Positions 46,605 through 56,381 of a stretch of DNA of 64,000 nucleotides are shown one piece after another. The notes under the pieces are model-generated. The model made no database searches and was not told the DNA's origin. It saw nothing but the letters and a program-made list of their open reading frames with translations. The position numbers were made by a program, and so were the translations under genes. The DNA comes from an uncultured Bacteroidales bacterium (GTDB lineage: Bacteria > Bacteroidota > Bacteroidia > Bacteroidales > WCHB1-69), in contig ONHS01000015.1 in assembly GCA_900317715.1 (NCBI GenBank), forward strand, positions 9,020 through 73,019, given 5' to 3'. Each line of letters starts with the position of its first letter. Positions within the stretch are counted from its first letter, which is position 1.

Positions 46605-46636
46605 CTGTAGAGACGCAATGCATTGCGTCTCTACAG
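46605..46636. repeat. GTAG-headed REP-like hairpin (perfect 32-bp palindrome)
   Basis: cTGTAGAGACGCAATG|CATTGCGTCTCTACAg between convergent ybaK and blaR1-like genes. Confidence 0.9.
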
Positions 46637-46665
46637 CCAACCTATCACAACCCCTTTTTCGAAAA

Positions 46666-48226
46666 TCACTTCTTGTTCTCAACCGCAATTTTGTCAGAAG
46701 TGATACTTACTACCAGTGTGTTGTCAGGAATGGTGTCGATGGTATAGTGAGCGATATGAGGTACCTTATCTTTCGGAGTGCCGCTTTCACCGAGAGGAGG
46801 AATCATCTCAAAAACAAAGAAGAACGGCATACTCAGTTCGTAGCGCACAGGCTGACCATCCTTCATGGCGGGCTTGCAGGCGGGTGCAGCGCGAAAGGCA
46901 CGGTTGATTTCTGCTATATTGGCCTCATCCATCTGTCGGATTATTTCGATCATTTCTTCTCGGTTCACCGATTCGTTTTTCTCAAAGAAAACACGTCCGA
47001 GCACAAGGCTGTCACCGTTGAATTGACTAATCCGAAGCATTCCCACCTCTCCCTTTTCACCGATCACAGGGTACCATTTGATGTGGGTCGTATCCAATTC
47101 TGCGGTGAGAATACGTCCGTCTTTCTCCACAATGAAACGGACCATATATTGTCCTGAAAACTTGTACTTCTTAGCCAATTCAGGATACTCTATAGTATCG
47201 AAAATATTGTTCATAAACTGCTCGATGCCGCCAGGGAACTCCGGCATCACATCCGGATTCTCACAGACCGGCTCATCAATGGTCACTTCCTCTCCTGCCA
47301 ACTCATCGGCGACCTCCTCTTTCGGATGACAGTTAACCAACAAGAGTCCGGCGATGATGGGAACGAGCGCGAGCAGCCACCAGGCACGAACTTGCCCACG
47401 CACAACTGCTTGTACAGCAGCTCCAAGTAGTCGCGGCGAGAGGTTCCGCACGAGAGCACCGCCTCATCGGCCAAGTATTCGTGAACGCAGCTCAACTCCT
47501 TGGCATAGAGGTAAATGACGGGGTTGAACCATTGCAGCACCCGCACCGCTTCCGTGAAGAGCAGATCCCACGTGTGCCGCTGACGGATGTGCGCCCGCTC
47601 GTGACGCAGCACCTGCTGCAACTCGCTCTTTGTGAACACTTCCGGATTCACGAACACCGAGCGCAGGAACGAGAACGGAAGGTTGCCGTCGGGAACACCC
47701 GCACACACATGTCGCCCGTCGAAAGCTCATCCGACAACACACTGCGTCGATAGTAGCTAACAGTTTTAATGAGCTTGACGACCAAAAGGATAAAGGCCAC
47801 TCCGCAACCCAAAACATATCCCCACCAAAGCAAATCCCTAAAAGCGAACGCTTTATTTGTCTCAGTTGCTCCTGTTGTCCCAGTTGTTATGGTTGTCGTT
47901 GACTCATTTGTCCCAATTGTCGTTGATTGAACCGCTTCTGTTGTCATAGTTGTCGCAGTTGTCGTTGATTCAACTGCATTTTCAGCATCATCTTCTTGAA
48001 TCACTGCTGGTTCTTGTGGATTTTCAAAATACTGCGCATAAGGTTGCGCTACAGCGGTCACACGACTCGGCACCTCGATGGAGACAAACGGTATCAACAA
48101 CGAAAGCACCAATGTACCCACGAGATAGAAGCGGCGCAAGCGGAACAGGTTGCTCCGGCGCAAGGTCAGACAATAGAGACCGAAAAACAATGCCATAGCG
48201 ATGGCGGAAAAAAGGATCGTTTTCAT
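46666..48226 (-). pseudogene. BlaR1-like M56 peptidase sensor with TonB_C tail, two frameshifts
   Basis: Three consecutive frames: 47648-48226 (TM N-terminus, Thr-rich linker), 47283-47708 (PFSF...HERAHIRQRH), 46666-47451 (TM + EFPGG TonB_C). Confidence 0.65.
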
Positions 48227-48228
48227 GA

Positions 48229-48615
48229 CTATTCGGTTTTTGAGGGTGAATCATTTTGCGGAACGGCATCGATCATCCTGCGGATGTCGTCCAGCTCTTC
48301 CAACGTAATATCCTGGTTGTTAGCGAAAAAGGAGACCATTGACTTGAAGGAGTTGTCGAAATAGTTGCGCACGAACTGCTGCATGAACGACTTCGAGTAC
48401 TGTTCCTTGCTCACCAACGGGTAGTAGCGGTTCGACTTCCCGAAGGTCTCGTGCGACACGAACCCCTTCTTTTCGAGAATGCGCACCACGGTCAGCATGG
48501 TGTTGTAGGCCGGCTTCGGTTCCGGGAAATTGGCGATGATGTCGGCGGCGAATCCTTGTTTGATCTGCCACAGCACCTGCATCACCTGTTCTTCTGCTTT
48601 GGTTAATTCTTTCAT
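48229..48615 (-). CDS. BlaI/MecI/CopY-family transcriptional repressor
   Basis: 128 aa winged-helix; MKELTKAEEQVMQVLW...; 2 nt upstream of the M56 gene. Confidence 0.85.
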   Translation of the reverse strand: MKELTKAEEQVMQVLWQIKQGFAADIIANFPEPKPAYNTMLTVVRILEKKGFVSHETFGKSNRYYPLVSKEQYSKSFMQQFVRNYFDNSFKSMVSFFANNQDITLEELDDIRRMIDAVPQNDSPSKTE

Positions 48616-48637
48616 ATCCTTATATTTTATTGGTTAA

Positions 48638-48733
48638 TGTTCATCGTTTTTCATCGTCTATTCATCGTATCATCGTATCATCACATCATCATATCATCGC
48701 ATCATCGTCCCATTCATCGTCCCATTCATCGTC
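48638..48733. repeat. Heptamer array 13 (CATCGNN family; register drifts 7-8 nt)
   Basis: ttcatcg tttttcatcg tctattcatcg tatcatcg tatcatca catcatca tatcatcg catcatcg tcccattcatcg x2. Confidence 0.8.
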
Positions 48734-48857
48734 AAAACGACGCGGCAAAAATACAATTATTTTTTTAATCGTACAACGAAAAAATTAGTTACATATTGCG
48801 TGGTATGAAAAAAAAATTTTTTTTATGAAAATGTTGTGGATCGAATTGGAAATAATG

Positions 48858-48865
48858 TATTTTTG
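48858..48865 (+). promoter_or_regulatory. -7 box TATTTTTG
   Basis: 27 nt upstream of ATG 48892. Confidence 0.5.
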
Positions 48866-48891
48866 CAGTATTAAAAACAAAATTAAAAATT

Positions 48892-49647
48892 ATGGAAACA
48901 AATATGCAATCCCCCCGTAGGGGCGTATCGCATACGCCCCAAGCGCATACGCCCCAAACACATACATTTCACCACCGCCGTAGTATCAGATTAAAAGGAT
49001 ATGATTATTCCGCCGATGGATTGTATTTCATCACCATTTGCACAAAAGAGAGAAATCATTATTTCGGTCGAGTCATTGATGGCAAAATGGTTTTGAATGA
49101 AAGGGGGCAAATCGTAAAAAACGAATGGTTAAATACCATCAACGTAAGAAAAGACGAGGTGATCCTTCATGAATATATCGTTATGCCCAATCATTTTCAT
49201 GCCATTATCGAAATTTGCCGTAGGGGCGTATCGCATACGCCCCAAATACATACGCCGCAATCACATACGCCGCAATCACATACGCCGCAATCACATACGC
49301 CGCAATCACATACGCCGCAATCACATACGCCCGACGACGGCCTAACAACATCAGATAGAGGCGTATGCGATACAATTGATAGGGGCGTATGCGATACAAT
49401 TGACAGGGGCGTATGCGATACAATTGACAGGGGCGTATGCGATACGCCCCTACGGTCACCGTCAAAAACGTTGGGGTCAATTATTCGGGGATTCAAATCC
49501 GCCGTGACAAAACAAATCGGATTTCCGGTATGGCAACGAAATTATCATGAACACATAATCCGAAACACAAACGCATTTACAAAAATCTCAAATTACATCC
49601 TAAATAATCCCGCACAATGGCACTGTGACATGTTCAACAACGGTTGA
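48892..49647 (+). CDS. RAYT-type Y1 transposase (IS200-like) with internal REP/tandem-repeat insert
   Basis: RSIRLKGYDYSADGLYFITICT..., HxH motif MPNHFHAIIEI, C-terminal LGSIIRGFKSAVT...WQRNYHEHIIR Tyr motif; 238-bp repeat block between the two halves stays in frame. Confidence 0.8.
   Translation: METNMQSPRRGVSHTPQAHTPQTHTFHHRRSIRLKGYDYSADGLYFITICTKERNHYFGRVIDGKMVLNERGQIVKNEWLNTINVRKDEVILHEYIVMPNHFHAIIEICRRGVSHTPQIHTPQSHTPQSHTPQSHTPQSHTPQSHTPDDGLTTSDRGVCDTIDRGVCDTIDRGVCDTIDRGVCDTPLRSPSKTLGSIIRGFKSAVTKQIGFPVWQRNYHEHIIRNTNAFTKISNYILNNPAQWHCDMFNNG
49218..49455. repeat. Inverted REP pair with 15-bp (x~5.7) and 24-bp (x~3.9) tandem repeats inside the transposase ORF
   Basis: ccGTAGGGGCGTATcgcATACGCCCC (49218-49243) ... 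(tcacatacgccgcaa)n ... (gataggggcgtatgcgatacaatt)n ... GGGGCGTATgcgATACGCCCCTACgg (ends 49455). Confidence 0.9.
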
Positions 49648-49724
49648 TTAATAAATTGCCAATTGGCATAACGACTTAAGTGTGTCAAACGTTTTTCTTA
49701 TCTTTGCCACTCTAAATAAAAACA

Positions 49725-50918
49725 ATGATGAAAAGAATTATTATCGCCGTATTCTGCTGTTTATCAGCACTTTTCGCATCCGCCAACGACGGCGTGTTCT
49801 ACGCTTCCGGCAACCAGCTGATTCCCATTACGGAGACTGAAATTAGCGTGCAAAAAGAAGTGCTGACCATCAACCGGGTGGGCGACCATCTGGAGGTCAC
49901 CGTCTATTACGAATTCTTCAACCCCGTGGGTGAGAAGGAGCTGCTGGTCGGGTTTGAGGCGCAGTCGGCCTATAACGGCAAGGACCCCATGACCACGTTC
50001 CCGAAACATCCCTACATTCGCAACTTCAAAGTAGTGGTGAATGGCAAGCCGCTATCCTATGAGGTGGCAAACGTTCCCCTATCCTACTATGACGACGGCA
50101 AAATTGTCCCTAACACCTATGTTCGCAATGGGCGCATCGAGAGCTGGACACGCAAGCAGTGCGAGGATTCTATAGCCGCGTGGGAGGATGTAGCCGTCCC
50201 CTTCGACTACGTCTATCATTTCAAGGCGAAGTTCCGTCCGGGACTGAACATCATCCAGCACACCTACGACTTTGACCTCTCCAGTTCCGTGGAGGAGGAG
50301 TTCTACTTTCCCTACGTGCTGACGGCCGCCAACCGATGGGCCAACCACCAGATTGACGACTTCACGCTGAATATCAACCTCGGCGAGCACGTATCGTTCC
50401 ATCTCTTCCCGGAATTTTTCAAAAATGCCGACGAGTGGAAAATTCTTGGCAAGGGTAAATACACCTTAGACTCCACTTGGGGCTTGACAGACGGAAAAGA
50501 GGCCCCTGTTTTCCACGTCCAGCAGGGCGGCATCACCTTCCATAAAGCCAACTTCCATCCCGATGGGGAGCTGCGCATCAGCCAACGCCGCGATTGGTCA
50601 ATCTCGTCCTGGACATGGTCCGGAGAGGACGATGATTTCTCTGCTGAAGACATTTTAGGAGCCCTCAAAGACCAATACATTCCGATTGTACTTCCTGACG
50701 AACGCACGAAAGAAGAGACATATTACACAAGATTCTCACCGGAGCAACGCCGCATCCTCAAAAACCTGCCCTTCGCTTACCAAGGCTATATCTTCAAGGA
50801 CAAAGCGTTACAGGACTTTTTCGAGTCATGTGCATGGTACCTCCCGAACCCAGACTACAAAGGCGACATGGAGGGGTTCACCGAGGAGGAGAAGAAATGG
50901 GTGGAGTTCTGGAAATAG
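49725..50918 (+). CDS. Secreted YARHG-domain protein
   Basis: 397 aa; signal peptide; C-terminal NLPFAYQGYIFKDKALQDFFESCAWYLPNPDY = YARHG pattern. Confidence 0.6.
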   Translation: MMKRIIIAVFCCLSALFASANDGVFYASGNQLIPITETEISVQKEVLTINRVGDHLEVTVYYEFFNPVGEKELLVGFEAQSAYNGKDPMTTFPKHPYIRNFKVVVNGKPLSYEVANVPLSYYDDGKIVPNTYVRNGRIESWTRKQCEDSIAAWEDVAVPFDYVYHFKAKFRPGLNIIQHTYDFDLSSSVEEEFYFPYVLTAANRWANHQIDDFTLNINLGEHVSFHLFPEFFKNADEWKILGKGKYTLDSTWGLTDGKEAPVFHVQQGGITFHKANFHPDGELRISQRRDWSISSWTWSGEDDDFSAEDILGALKDQYIPIVLPDERTKEETYYTRFSPEQRRILKNLPFAYQGYIFKDKALQDFFESCAWYLPNPDYKGDMEGFTEEEKKWVEFWK

Positions 50919-50945
50919 GGGCATGATTATGAAACGGTATCGGCA

Positions 50946-52019
50946 TTGTTTTGGATCACGCTGTGCGGCGCGGCGCAGGAATTCCTCACGCCAACTTCCT
51001 ATGGAATGTATGGAACCAGCAATATCTTTGAAATCCTTCTGACAGGCAACAGCCCGAACAAATCAAATCACAAGAAGACTCCGATGGAAGGTTTGTACTT
51101 GAAGACTTTTTACATTAGCATTCCGTCTTTCTCGCCCGAATACGCACTAATCATCGAGAAAGACAGGCTGGTACTGAACAAGGCGACCATCGGGATTGGG
51201 TTTTCCTTGTATGCGAAAGAGCGAATGGAGGAGTCCGATTTCAAAAAGTTGGGGAAAGACATCCAAAAACCGTTGATCGAAGCAGCTAAATCGCTGGACA
51301 CCAAACCCATCAAAAGCTATACTCTATCTATTTCAAAAGAAATAAGTGACCAACTTACCACCTTGTTTGAACATGCCACTGAGACAGCAACCTACCTTGA
51401 ACCCCGTATGCTCGGAAACGACGGCACCATGTATTATTTCAACAACTGGGGACGGTTAGCTTCGGTTTGGACTCCATTCGGTGGTCGCACATACAAATTA
51501 AGAAAACTGGCCGACAGTCTTTGTTTTGCGGTAGAACATAACGACATAGACGTGCTCTATCGGCAGATGGAGCTGTGCAAAAGCCTGAATATGAGCTTTA
51601 AAAAAGATTATCCACTATTATATTTCCAACCTGAGGGATATTATTATTCCACCAGGAAAGATAAAGGCCCCTGGCACTGCGGCACAGAGAGTGTCAACAA
51701 TTGCATAAAATTGGAGATAAAAAGTGATACCGCCGTCGATCTGGACATCTGTAAATCCTTAATAAGTCCCTATTACGACAGCATAGCCGTCTGGTCTCGC
51801 GAGATCTTTCTAACCAACGATCGGACAAATTATCCGTCAGTCATTATCGACAATCATGCGATCATTCCCGAATGCGAGGTGAAACTATACGACAATGGCT
51901 ACATCTCAACAACCATCACAATCCCCGAAAAGTTATGGCGGCGCAATGTAATCCTGGAGGCCGCGCAACTGCCACCAGGACGATACTATTTTGCGGAAGG
52001 AGAATGGCAACAACAATAA
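50946..52019 (+). CDS. Family X protein copy C (start/signal peptide uncertain)
   Basis: Paralogue of 38814-39848; only a TTG start gives MFWITLC; an ATG at 50929 (MKRYRH...) is in another frame. Confidence 0.5.
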   Translation: MFWITLCGAAQEFLTPTSYGMYGTSNIFEILLTGNSPNKSNHKKTPMEGLYLKTFYISIPSFSPEYALIIEKDRLVLNKATIGIGFSLYAKERMEESDFKKLGKDIQKPLIEAAKSLDTKPIKSYTLSISKEISDQLTTLFEHATETATYLEPRMLGNDGTMYYFNNWGRLASVWTPFGGRTYKLRKLADSLCFAVEHNDIDVLYRQMELCKSLNMSFKKDYPLLYFQPEGYYYSTRKDKGPWHCGTESVNNCIKLEIKSDTAVDLDICKSLISPYYDSIAVWSREIFLTNDRTNYPSVIIDNHAIIPECEVKLYDNGYISTTITIPEKLWRRNVILEAAQLPPGRYYFAEGEWQQQ

Positions 52020-52029
52020 TCCAAAAACC

Positions 52030-52050
52030 ATGCCCACAACTAACCATACC
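52030..52050 (+). pseudogene. Smr-gene 5' stub (about 21 nt)
   Basis: atgcccacaactaaccatacc matches the first codons of 45755 gene, then stop. Confidence 0.55.
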
Positions 52051-52302
52051 TTATGACAAAGATTAAAACATAATGCGAATATGATTTTTGTTACGACCCT
52101 TTGATCTGGTATTTTTGCCTAAAAAATGACAGCTTTGTGCTCCGACACATCGGCTATTATCTTCCCGAAAACATCCGTAAAGGAAACTTCAAAGATACCG
52201 TCCCGAAATTTCCATTTCCGACAAATAATGAATGAAATTTCAACATCCGTCATATCTTCTTCTATTTTTGTGTATTTTTGCACTTTCTAATTTTACAAGA
52301 CC

Positions 52303-52557
52303 ATGCCCGAGATCACTCACTTTTACGGAATCATCATCAAGATGTTTTACAAGCCTAAAGAACATAACCCTGCACAAATCCATGCCCTTTACAATGAACA
52401 CGTGGGAATCTTTAATATCCATTCTATCGAAATGACCGAAGGAGATTTACCCAAGAAAGCACAAGCCCTTGTAAAAGAATGGATTAACATGCACAAGGAC
52501 GAACTGATTAAAATGTGGAACACTCAAGAATTAACCAAATTACCCCCTCTCGAATAA
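52303..52557 (+). CDS. DUF4160-domain protein
   Basis: 84 aa; MPEITHFYGIIIKMFYKPKEHNPAQIHALY... typical DUF4160. Confidence 0.7.
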   Translation: MPEITHFYGIIIKMFYKPKEHNPAQIHALYNEHVGIFNIHSIEMTEGDLPKKAQALVKEWINMHKDELIKMWNTQELTKLPPLE

Positions 52558-52558
52558 T

Positions 52559-52885
52559 ATGATACCAAGGATAAAAACAGTCACAGCATTGGACGATTAC
52601 ATGCTCCGCATCGTTTTTGACGACGGTGAAATCATGTTGTATGATGTCAAGGATGACATAGCCCATATCAAGGCTTTCAAAGAATTGGAGACAGAAGAAG
52701 GCCTTTGGGGGAAGGTTCGGTTAGACACCAGCAGAACTTGTGTCTATTGGAACGACCGCATCGACCTTCCCAGCGACACGCTGTACGAATACGGACAATC
52801 TGACTTCAGCGGTCACATGGTGGCAGAAGATGCCCCACGCTATAACGAAGAACAATCCATCAAGAAACAACAAAAAGACTTATAA
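52559..52885 (+). CDS. DUF2442-domain protein
   Basis: 108 aa; PRIKTVTALDDYMLRIVFDDGE...; starts 1 nt after DUF4160 stop. Confidence 0.7.
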   Translation: MIPRIKTVTALDDYMLRIVFDDGEIMLYDVKDDIAHIKAFKELETEEGLWGKVRLDTSRTCVYWNDRIDLPSDTLYEYGQSDFSGHMVAEDAPRYNEEQSIKKQQKDL

Positions 52886-52895
52886 TCAATAGATT

Positions 52896-54083
52896 ATGGA
52901 ATCCATCAAGAAAATATTCAAAATCGGCTACGGACCGTCCAGCAGCCACACCATGGGACCGCATCGCGCGGCCGAAATCTTCAAAGAGAGAACCCCCGAC
53001 GCCAGCGGCTACCGCGTGACCCTGTACGGCAGTCTCGCGGCCACCGGCAAGGGCCACTTCACCGACAAAACCATCATCGACGCACTCGCGCCAAAACCCG
53101 TGGAAATCCTCTGGAGACCCGACATCCAGCACACCTTCCACACTAACGCCATGCTCTTCGAGGCACTGCGTGGCGAAGAGGTTACCGACCAATGGAAAAT
53201 CTACAGCATCGGCGGCGGCGAGCTGGCCGACGAGAACACCGTGATGGACAAGGAGGAACGCTACGAGGAGAACACCATGGCGGACATCGTGAAACACGTG
53301 GAGAAATACGGGCTGAACTTCTGGGAATATGTGGAACAACACGAAGAATCCGACATCTGGGACTTTTTGGAGGAACGCTGGGAGGTGATGCAGAAGACCA
53401 TCGAAAAAGGCGTGCTGAACAACGACGGAGTGCTGCCCGGCGGACTGTACGTGAAACGGAAGGCCACGCAATACTACGTAAAGGCATTGAGTTACAAGGC
53501 CTCGCTGCAGGGCCGATGCCTCGTGTCGGCTTACGCTTTGGCCACGGCGGAAGAGAACGCCTCGGGCGGTAAAATTGTCACCGCGCCCACCTGCGGCTCG
53601 TCGGGCGTGCTGCCGGCGGTACTCTACCACCTCAAGCACAACCACGAATACACCGACAGATTCATCCTGAAGGCGATGGCCACGGCAGGGCTTTTCGGCA
53701 ACATCATCCGCACAAACGCCTCTGTATCGGGGGCGGAAGTAGGCTGTCAGGGCGAGATCGGCTCTGCATGCGCGATGGCCGCCGCAGCCGCCAACCAGCT
53801 CTTCGGAGGCTCGCCACAACAGATTGAATATGCCGCCGAGATGGGTTTGGAACACCACCTCGGACTCACCTGCGACCCCATCTGTGGCCTCGTGCAGATT
53901 CCCTGCATCGAGCGCAACGCCTTCGCCGCCCTCCGCGCCCTCGACGCCAACCTCTTCGCCATGATGTCCGACGGCAAACACCTCATCAGCTTCGACAAGG
54001 TAGTGAAGACCATGAAACTGACCGGCAAAGACTTGCCCAGCTTGTATAAAGAGACGGCATTGGGCGGTCTGGCGATTGATTAA
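52896..54083 (+). CDS. sdaA: L-serine ammonia-lyase (Fe-S dependent)
   Basis: 395 aa; [28 protein letters not shown] motifs. Confidence 0.85.
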   Translation: MESIKKIFKIGYGPSSSHTMGPHRAAEIFKERTPDASGYRVTLYGSLAATGKGHFTDKTIIDALAPKPVEILWRPDIQHTFHTNAMLFEALRGEEVTDQWKIYSIGGGELADENTVMDKEERYEENTMADIVKHVEKYGLNFWEYVEQHEESDIWDFLEERWEVMQKTIEKGVLNNDGVLPGGLYVKRKATQYYVKALSYKASLQGRCLVSAYALATAEENASGGKIVTAPTCGSSGVLPAVLYHLKHNHEYTDRFILKAMATAGLFGNIIRTNASVSGAEVGCQGEIGSACAMAAAAANQLFGGSPQQIEYAAEMGLEHHLGLTCDPICGLVQIPCIERNAFAALRALDANLFAMMSDGKHLISFDKVVKTMKLTGKDLPSLYKETALGGLAID

Positions 54084-54087
54084 ACCC

Positions 54088-54117
54088 TGTAGAGACGCGC
54101 CATGGCACGTCTCTACA
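54088..54117. repeat. GTAG-headed REP-like hairpin
   Basis: TGTAGAGACGcgccatggcaCGTCTCTACA, 4 nt after sdaA stop. Confidence 0.85.
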
Positions 54118-54145
54118 TAACCGTATTCGTAAATTATTCATTGTA

Positions 54146-54640
54146 ATGAAGAAAATATTCATTTTTGCATTGTTATTGTCCGCCTCCATCGCATCGAACG
54201 CACAAGGCGGTTGGTTTTTCGGAGGTTCGGCTGGCCTCGGATTCCGTGGCTATTTCATTGGTTCCGGCGAGGTCTGGGTCGGCTATGAATTTAACGACCG
54301 GGTTGCTTTGGGTTCTGGAATAGGAGCCGTCATTTGTGCGGGTCGGGACAATTATTTTGCCGTAACGGGCATTGCCGAGCCTTTCGTCCGCGCCTGCGTG
54401 TGGCACAACGAGAGCATTTTCGTGGATCTTTACGCATTGGGAAGTTTCGAGTTCACAGACGAGCTCAAACTCTGCCAAGTGGGATTGCGCCCAAGCCTCC
54501 GTTTCCGTGTCAGCGAAAACGTGGACATGGCCGTCGATCTGGTGGTGTTAGGTGCGCAATACAGCCCTGAATACGGGTGGAGTCCCTCTATCAGTTTATC
54601 CTCTTTGAACGGAGGTTTCCGGTTGGCGTACCATTTCTGA
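54146..54640 (+). CDS. Small outer-membrane beta-barrel protein
   Basis: 164 aa; signal MKKIFIFALLLSASIASNAQ; ends FRLAYHF. Confidence 0.5.
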   Translation: MKKIFIFALLLSASIASNAQGGWFFGGSAGLGFRGYFIGSGEVWVGYEFNDRVALGSGIGAVICAGRDNYFAVTGIAEPFVRACVWHNESIFVDLYALGSFEFTDELKLCQVGLRPSLRFRVSENVDMAVDLVVLGAQYSPEYGWSPSISLSSLNGGFRLAYHF

Positions 54641-54649
54641 TCGGAGCGA

Positions 54650-54705
54650 TCAAGACGTGAGACGTGAGACGTGTGACGTTTGACGTTTGACGTTTGACGT
54701 AGGAC
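54650..54705. repeat. Heptamer array 14 (GTNNGAC x8)
   Basis: tcaagac gtgagac x2 gtgtgac gtttgac x3 gtaggac. Confidence 0.9.
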
Positions 54706-54711
54706 TATACG

Positions 54712-54746
54712 AATGTAGGGACGCCACAATGTGACGTCCCTACATT
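54712..54746. repeat. GTAG-headed REP-like hairpin
   Basis: AATGTAGGGACGccacaatgtgaCGTCCCTACATT. Confidence 0.85.
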
Positions 54747-54777
54747 ATTATCAAGGCTTCAATAACCTATAACCATT

Positions 54778-56321
<1,544 letters not shown>

Positions 56322-56381
56322 TCATTATAATGTGTTTCTTCGAAAAAATATTTTTTATAACAAACTAAATATCAATAAAAT

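Noticed and set aside
46453-47157. 234-aa + strand ORF and small ORF 53986-54189
   Set aside because: Both read through REP hairpins (giving RDAMHCVST and RDVPWRVST) and overlap better-supported genes or intergenic DNA. They are artefacts of hairpin translation.
47850-47990. Thr-rich low-complexity stretch in the blaR1-like gene as another heptamer array
   Set aside because: The periodicity is codon-based (ACN Thr codons, 3/9 nt) rather than 7 nt. It is an ordinary Thr-rich linker.
48754-48800. TACA...TACA motifs as a BlaI operator
   Set aside because: The motifs are direct, not the TACA/TGTA dyad expected for BlaI/MecI sites. This cannot be supported from sequence alone.
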